64,000 nucleotides of DNA from Bacilli bacterium (GTDB lineage Bacteria > Bacillota_I > Bacilli_A > ML615J-28 > CAG-313): NCBI GenBank assembly GCA_045536365.1, contig JAZSNL010000016.1:46003-110002 (forward strand), read 5' to 3'. Position 1 is the stretch's first letter. Each line of letters starts with the position of its first letter. Under the pieces are notes generated by a model. That model saw nothing but the letters and a program-made list of their open reading frames with translations. It was not told where the DNA came from and searched no databases. The translations under genes and the position numbers were made by a program. Below are positions 59,795 to 64,000 of this stretch, piece after piece.

Positions 59795-60626
59795 CTTTTT
59801 TAATTAACTCTAGAAGTTCCTCTTTTGATAGAGGTATTGATTCATAGTCAATTAATCCTTTTAATTTCAATTCTGAGGCTAATTTAGCCGCATTTGGCAA
59901 GTCTAAAGAATATTTGTTAATAAGTGTAGGGTTATTAAATAATTCTTTTGTTGAACCATCAAAAACAATATTACCCTCACTTAATACTATTACTCTTGTT
60001 GCGTGTTTTGCGACAATGTTCATATCATGAGATATTACTATTATTGTTTTATTTGTTTCTTTTCTAATATCTTCCAATAATTGTAATAGTTCAAGTTTCC
60101 CTTTTGGATCTAATCCTACAGTAGGTTCATCTAATACTAATATATCAGGATTACTTGCAAGAACTCCTGCTATTGCAACTCTTCTCATTTGACCACCGGA
60201 TAAAGCAAATGGAGATTTTTCATATATTTCTTTTGGTAAACGAACTAACTCACATGATTTTATTGCTGCTTCTTTTGCTTCTTCTGAAGTTTTACCAAAG
60301 TTTTTTGGTCCAAACATTACATCTTTAATAACAGTTTCTTCAAATAATTGATATTCAGGAAATTGAAATACTAATCCAACTTGACTTCTAATATGTTTAA
60401 CTGATTTACCTTTTTTAACTAATTCGTTATTAAAATATAATTTACCATCTGTAGGATATAATAAAGCGTTTAAATGTTGAACTAATGTTGTTTTCCCACT
60501 TCCTGTATGTCCTACTATAAATATAAATTCATTTTTTTCATTAATATTTAAATTAATATTCGATAATGTTGATTTGGAAGCTTTTTTAGAATATTTAAAA
60601 CTTACATCTTGAAAGTTAATTCCCAT
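59778..60626 (-). CDS. ecfA2: Energy-coupling factor transporter ATPase
   Basis: Walker A GHTGSGKTT, signature LSGGQMRRVAIAGVLA; the second of a tandem pair. Confidence 0.85.
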   Translation of the reverse strand: MGINFQDVSFKYSKKASKSTLSNINLNINEKNEFIFIVGHTGSGKTTLVQHLNALLYPTDGKLYFNNELVKKGKSVKHIRSQVGLVFQFPEYQLFEETVIKDVMFGPKNFGKTSEEAKEAAIKSCELVRLPKEIYEKSPFALSGGQMRRVAIAGVLASNPDILVLDEPTVGLDPKGKLELLQLLEDIRKETNKTIIVISHDMNIVAKHATRVIVLSEGNIVFDGSTKELFNNPTLINKYSLDLPNAAKLASELKLKGLIDYESIPLSKEELLELIKKGDRYE

Positions 60627-61411
60627 AAAGCCTCACATATTTTATCTCTATTTTTAATATTTTCATTTTTTAAAGAATCTATAATTTCTATTCCTTCTAA
60701 TGTAACTAACCCACAAGCTTCCAATAATTGAGTGTTTTTAAATACATTATTAGGAGTATCAGATAAAACTACTTTTCCTTCGTTAATAACCATTACTTTA
60801 TCAGCAAAAACAGCTTCTTCTAAATTATGAGTTATAACTATAATAGTTTTATTTTGTTTTTCCTTTAGTTCTTTAATTGTATTAATTACTTCTTTAGTAC
60901 CTAACGGGTCTAACATTGATGTTGATTCATCGAATATTATTAATTCATTTTCCATTGCAAGGGCACCTGCTAAAGCAACTCTTTGCTTTTGCCCTCCAGA
61001 TAAAAGTTCAGGATTACTATCTAAATATTTTTCCATATTTAACATTTTAATGTACTTATTTATTTGACAGTTCATCTCATCAATAGACATACATCTGTTT
61101 TCTAATCCAAAAGCTATATCATCTTTAACAGTAACTCCTACAAATTGATTATCCGGATTTTGAAATATGATGCCCATTTTTAATCTTAGTTCATCTATTG
61201 TTTCTTCCGATACTAAAGTATCATTAATATATATATTTCCAGAATTAGGAGTTAATAAACCCATAATCAGTTTTGCAATAGTGCTTTTACCACTACCGTT
61301 ATGGCCAAGTATTGCAATCATTTCATTATTATTAATAGTAAACGATACGTTTTTTAATACATTTTCTTCATCTTCATAATTAAATGAAACGTTTTTAAAT
61401 TCTACTTTCAT
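60602..61411 (-). CDS. ecfA1: Energy-coupling factor transporter ATPase
   Basis: Walker A GHNGSGKST, signature [16 protein letters not shown]. Confidence 0.85.
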   Translation of the reverse strand: MKVEFKNVSFNYEDEENVLKNVSFTINNNEMIAILGHNGSGKSTIAKLIMGLLTPNSGNIYINDTLVSEETIDELRLKMGIIFQNPDNQFVGVTVKDDIAFGLENRCMSIDEMNCQINKYIKMLNMEKYLDSNPELLSGGQKQRVALAGALAMENELIIFDESTSMLDPLGTKEVINTIKELKEKQNKTIIVITHNLEEAVFADKVMVINEGKVVLSDTPNNVFKNTQLLEACGLVTLEGIEIIDSLKNENIKNRDKICEALWELTFKM

Positions 61412-61530
61412 ATTTAACTCCTTTCTTTATATATATATTATACCACTTTTTAGCTTCTTTTTCAATTGTTAAACAAAAAAAGGAATATTGAATTCATTTG
61501 TTTTTAAACAAATTCAATGTTCCTTTTCTA

Positions 61531-62211
61531 TTATATAATAATATCTATTAAATTCATTAATCCTATTACTATTTTTTCAACTACAAAAATTAATAAAGAA
61601 CCTGTTCCAAGTGCACTTCCGATAATATTACTTACAATAATAATACCGAATATAATTATCATTCCATATTTTTGATATGACATATATTTATAATACGATT
61701 CATTAGGTAAAAATATTCCTACTATTTTAGATCCATCCAGTGGAGGTACAGGTATTAAGTTGAATATTCCTAAACTTACATTTATTCTTGCAAGATACAA
61801 AAAGAAAGTATATAAAATTAAACATATAATATTATTAAACTTACTTGTTATTACTACTATTATTAATGATAAAAAAGCTATAATAAAATTAGTTAATGGT
61901 CCTGCAAGTGCAACTAAAGCCATTCCTTGTTTAGGTTTTCTATAATATAAAGGATTGACTCTTACTGGTTTTGCCCATCCAAATCTAAAAAATATTAAAC
62001 ATAGAAGTCCTACTAAATCAAAATGTTTCATTGGATCTAATGTTAATCTTCCTTCATCTTTAGGAGTAGGATCTCCTAATAAATATGATACATATCCGTG
62101 TGCTAATTCGTGTAATACTATTGCAATAAAAGCACAAGGTACTGTTATTAATAACCCTATTAATTGCATATCCTTTTTAATCCCTTTCTTTAATTTAATA
62201 TTATTATACAC
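61531..62211 (-). CDS. M50 (site-2 protease) family zinc metalloprotease, short form
   Basis: HELAHG zinc motif in a TM helix and NLIPVPPLDGSK (LDG motif); 226 aa. Confidence 0.7.
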   Translation of the reverse strand: MYNNIKLKKGIKKDMQLIGLLITVPCAFIAIVLHELAHGYVSYLLGDPTPKDEGRLTLDPMKHFDLVGLLCLIFFRFGWAKPVRVNPLYYRKPKQGMALVALAGPLTNFIIAFLSLIIVVITSKFNNIICLILYTFFLYLARINVSLGIFNLIPVPPLDGSKIVGIFLPNESYYKYMSYQKYGMIIIFGIIIVSNIIGSALGTGSLLIFVVEKIVIGLMNLIDIII

Positions 62212-62277
62212 AAATTCATTTACTTTTACAATTATAAAGATAGAAAAAATCAGGTTCGTTAGAACCTGATTGTTTTA

Positions 62278-62640
62278 TTAAATAAATTCAATGATTGCCA
62301 TTTCAGCAGCGTCACCGCGTCTAGGACCAAGTTTTAAAACTCTTGTATATCCACCGTTACGGTCAGCATATTTAGGAGCAATTTCATTAAATAATTTTTG
62401 TAAAGCATATTGACCTTGTTCATCAGTTTCAAAACGGATGAATGAAGCTGCTTGACGGCGAGAAGCAAGAGTATTTTTCTTACCTAAAGTAACCATTTTA
62501 TCAGCAACACGTTGCAAGTCTTTAGCTTTTTCAAGAGTAGTTTCAATTCTACCATTTAAAATTAAATCTGTAATTAAGTCGCGGAATAAAGCTTTTCTTT
62601 GACTAGCTTTACGACCAAATGTACGATATCCTAATGCCAT
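62278..62640 (-). CDS. rplQ: 50S ribosomal protein L17
   Basis: [22 protein letters not shown]...[11 protein letters not shown], canonical L17. Confidence 0.95.
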   Translation of the reverse strand: MALGYRTFGRKASQRKALFRDLITDLILNGRIETTLEKAKDLQRVADKMVTLGKKNTLASRRQAASFIRFETDEQGQYALQKLFNEIAPKYADRNGGYTRVLKLGPRRGDAAEMAIIEFI

Positions 62641-62655
62641 AGTTTTGTTCTCCTT

Positions 62656-63756
62656 TTATTCTTCATCATCATCTTCATCGTCATCATCAAATGAAGAAGT
62701 GCTATTTTTTAAATCTAATCCAATTTCTCTAAGTTTTTGAACAACTTCTTTTAATGATTTACGTCCTAGATTACGAACTTTCATCATTTCTTCTTCTGTC
62801 TTTTGAGTTAATTCTCCAACTGTATTAATATTAGCGCGTTTTAAACAGTTATATGAACGAACTGATAAATCTAAATCTTCGATCTTCATATCTAATTTGC
62901 TATTAGTTACTTTTTCTTCTTTTTGAATCATGTATTCACGCTCTTGAATATATTCATTAAGATTTTGAATAACCATAAAATGAGATACTAAGAATTTAGA
63001 TGCTAACGCTAAAGCGTTAGTTGCAGTAATACTACCATTAGTCCAAACTTCCATTGTTAATAAATCACAATCGAAGTTATCTTCATAACGTGTTTTAACT
63101 ACATCATACTTACATCTTAAAACTGGAGTAAAAATTGAATCTATTGGAAGACGATCAATAACACGAGCATTACCTTCTTTACAGAAGCGTTTATTTTCTT
63201 CTGCACTTACATATCCTACACCGTTTCTAACAAATAAGTTCATATGAACTTTAGCTCCAGGAGCTAATGTTAAAATTGGTTGTTCAGGATTTACTACTTG
63301 AATATCTTCAGTAGATGCTGTATTAATATCACCTGCAGTGATAACTTTTTCATATACTAAACTTCCATCTTTATTTAATTTCTTTTGTGCTTCTAAAGAT
63401 GGTAATTCAACATCTAATTCTAAACGATATTGATCTTCTGGTTGTCCATAGTCACCATGAAGATTTTTATCAGCATTAATAGTAAAGATAATGTTCTTTA
63501 AATTTAAGATAATTTCAGTAACATCTTCTCTTACACCTTCAACTGCACAGAATTCATGATGAACTCCGTCCATTTCAATCGCGAAAATGGCTGCACCAGG
63601 AAGGCTTGATAACATTACACGACGAAGTGAGTTACCGATTGTCATACCATAACCACGTTCAAGTGGTGAAATTTTTAATTTACAGTAATTACTATCATCA
63701 ACACAATTGTCTTTTACAATTTCAAGTGTTGGTGTAATAAATTCAGGTCTTCTCAT
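62656..63756 (-). CDS. rpoA: DNA-directed RNA polymerase alpha subunit, with a poly-acidic C-terminal tail
   Basis: PLERGYGMTIGNSLRRVMLSSLPGAA in the N-terminal domain. The alpha-CTD is present and the protein ends SSFDDDDEDDDEE. Confidence 0.95.
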   Translation of the reverse strand: MRRPEFITPTLEIVKDNCVDDSNYCKLKISPLERGYGMTIGNSLRRVMLSSLPGAAIFAIEMDGVHHEFCAVEGVREDVTEIILNLKNIIFTINADKNLHGDYGQPEDQYRLELDVELPSLEAQKKLNKDGSLVYEKVITAGDINTASTEDIQVVNPEQPILTLAPGAKVHMNLFVRNGVGYVSAEENKRFCKEGNARVIDRLPIDSIFTPVLRCKYDVVKTRYEDNFDCDLLTMEVWTNGSITATNALALASKFLVSHFMVIQNLNEYIQEREYMIQKEEKVTNSKLDMKIEDLDLSVRSYNCLKRANINTVGELTQKTEEEMMKVRNLGRKSLKEVVQKLREIGLDLKNSTSSFDDDDEDDDEE

Positions 63757-63820
63757 TTATTTCCTCCTTGATTATAAATGATTTTTAATGTTTAAACTTC
63801 CCAACAAAAATAAATATTTA

Positions 63821-64000
63821 TTATCCGCGAGGAGCTTTAGGTGCACGGCAACCATTATGAGGAACTGGAGTAACGTCTTGAATAGAAACGATATCTAAAC
63901 CAGCTACTTGTAAAGAACGGATTGCAGCTTCACGACCAGGTCCTGGACCTTTAACAACTACTTCAACTTTTGACATACCATTATCGATAGCCACTTTAGC
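63821..64000 (-). CDS. rpsK: 30S ribosomal protein S11, 3' portion only (5' end beyond the window)
   Basis: The reverse-complement translation ends ...[26 protein letters not shown], the conserved S11 C-terminus. Its position upstream of rpoA fits. Confidence 0.85.
   Translation of the reverse strand, partial: AKVAIDNGMSKVEVVVKGPGPGREAAIRSLQVAGLDIVSIQDVTPVPHNGCRAPKAPRG

Overview
This window is very AT-rich and uses the standard genetic code, and it looks like a low-GC Firmicute chromosome. Gene order matches Bacillus-type housekeeping neighbourhoods: rpsK-rpoA-rplQ-ecfA1-ecfA2-ecfT-truA, tmk-holB-ricT-yabB-rsmI, tilS-ftsH-yabO and a sufCDSUB operon. PFOR, lysS, hslO, maf, murA, ddl-murF and the sporulation pair yabP-yabQ are also present. 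A tRNA-Tyr/tRNA-Gln pair on the minus strand closely resembles the Bacillus tRNAs. The standout feature is in the first 15.7 kb. Positions 1..12381 form one uninterrupted minus-strand reading frame of 4,127 codons. The supplied ORF track misses it because its stop lies beyond the left edge of the window. It encodes a giant protein with a CvpA-like (colicin V production family) polytopic membrane N-terminus followed by a very long acidic, apparently alpha-helical repeat region with a recurring (I/V)(N/D)W-x-x-(D/E) motif. Immediately upstream is a 1,041-aa paralog with the same architecture. Other points of interest are a candidate riboswitch-like leader with an attenuator hairpin in front of an amino-acid ABC transporter, a fumarase/aspartase-family protein with a degenerate SS loop and no C-terminal domain, and a divergent Cys-rich Fe/Mn-SOD-like protein. 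There are also two ~90% identical GH5 lipoprotein genes flanking a DUF1700/DUF4097 membrane protein, and a MurF whose N-terminal domain is replaced by about 150 hydrophobic residues. I found no CRISPR array, transposase or integrase. All calls come from reading the sequence and the ORF translations; I ran no database searches.
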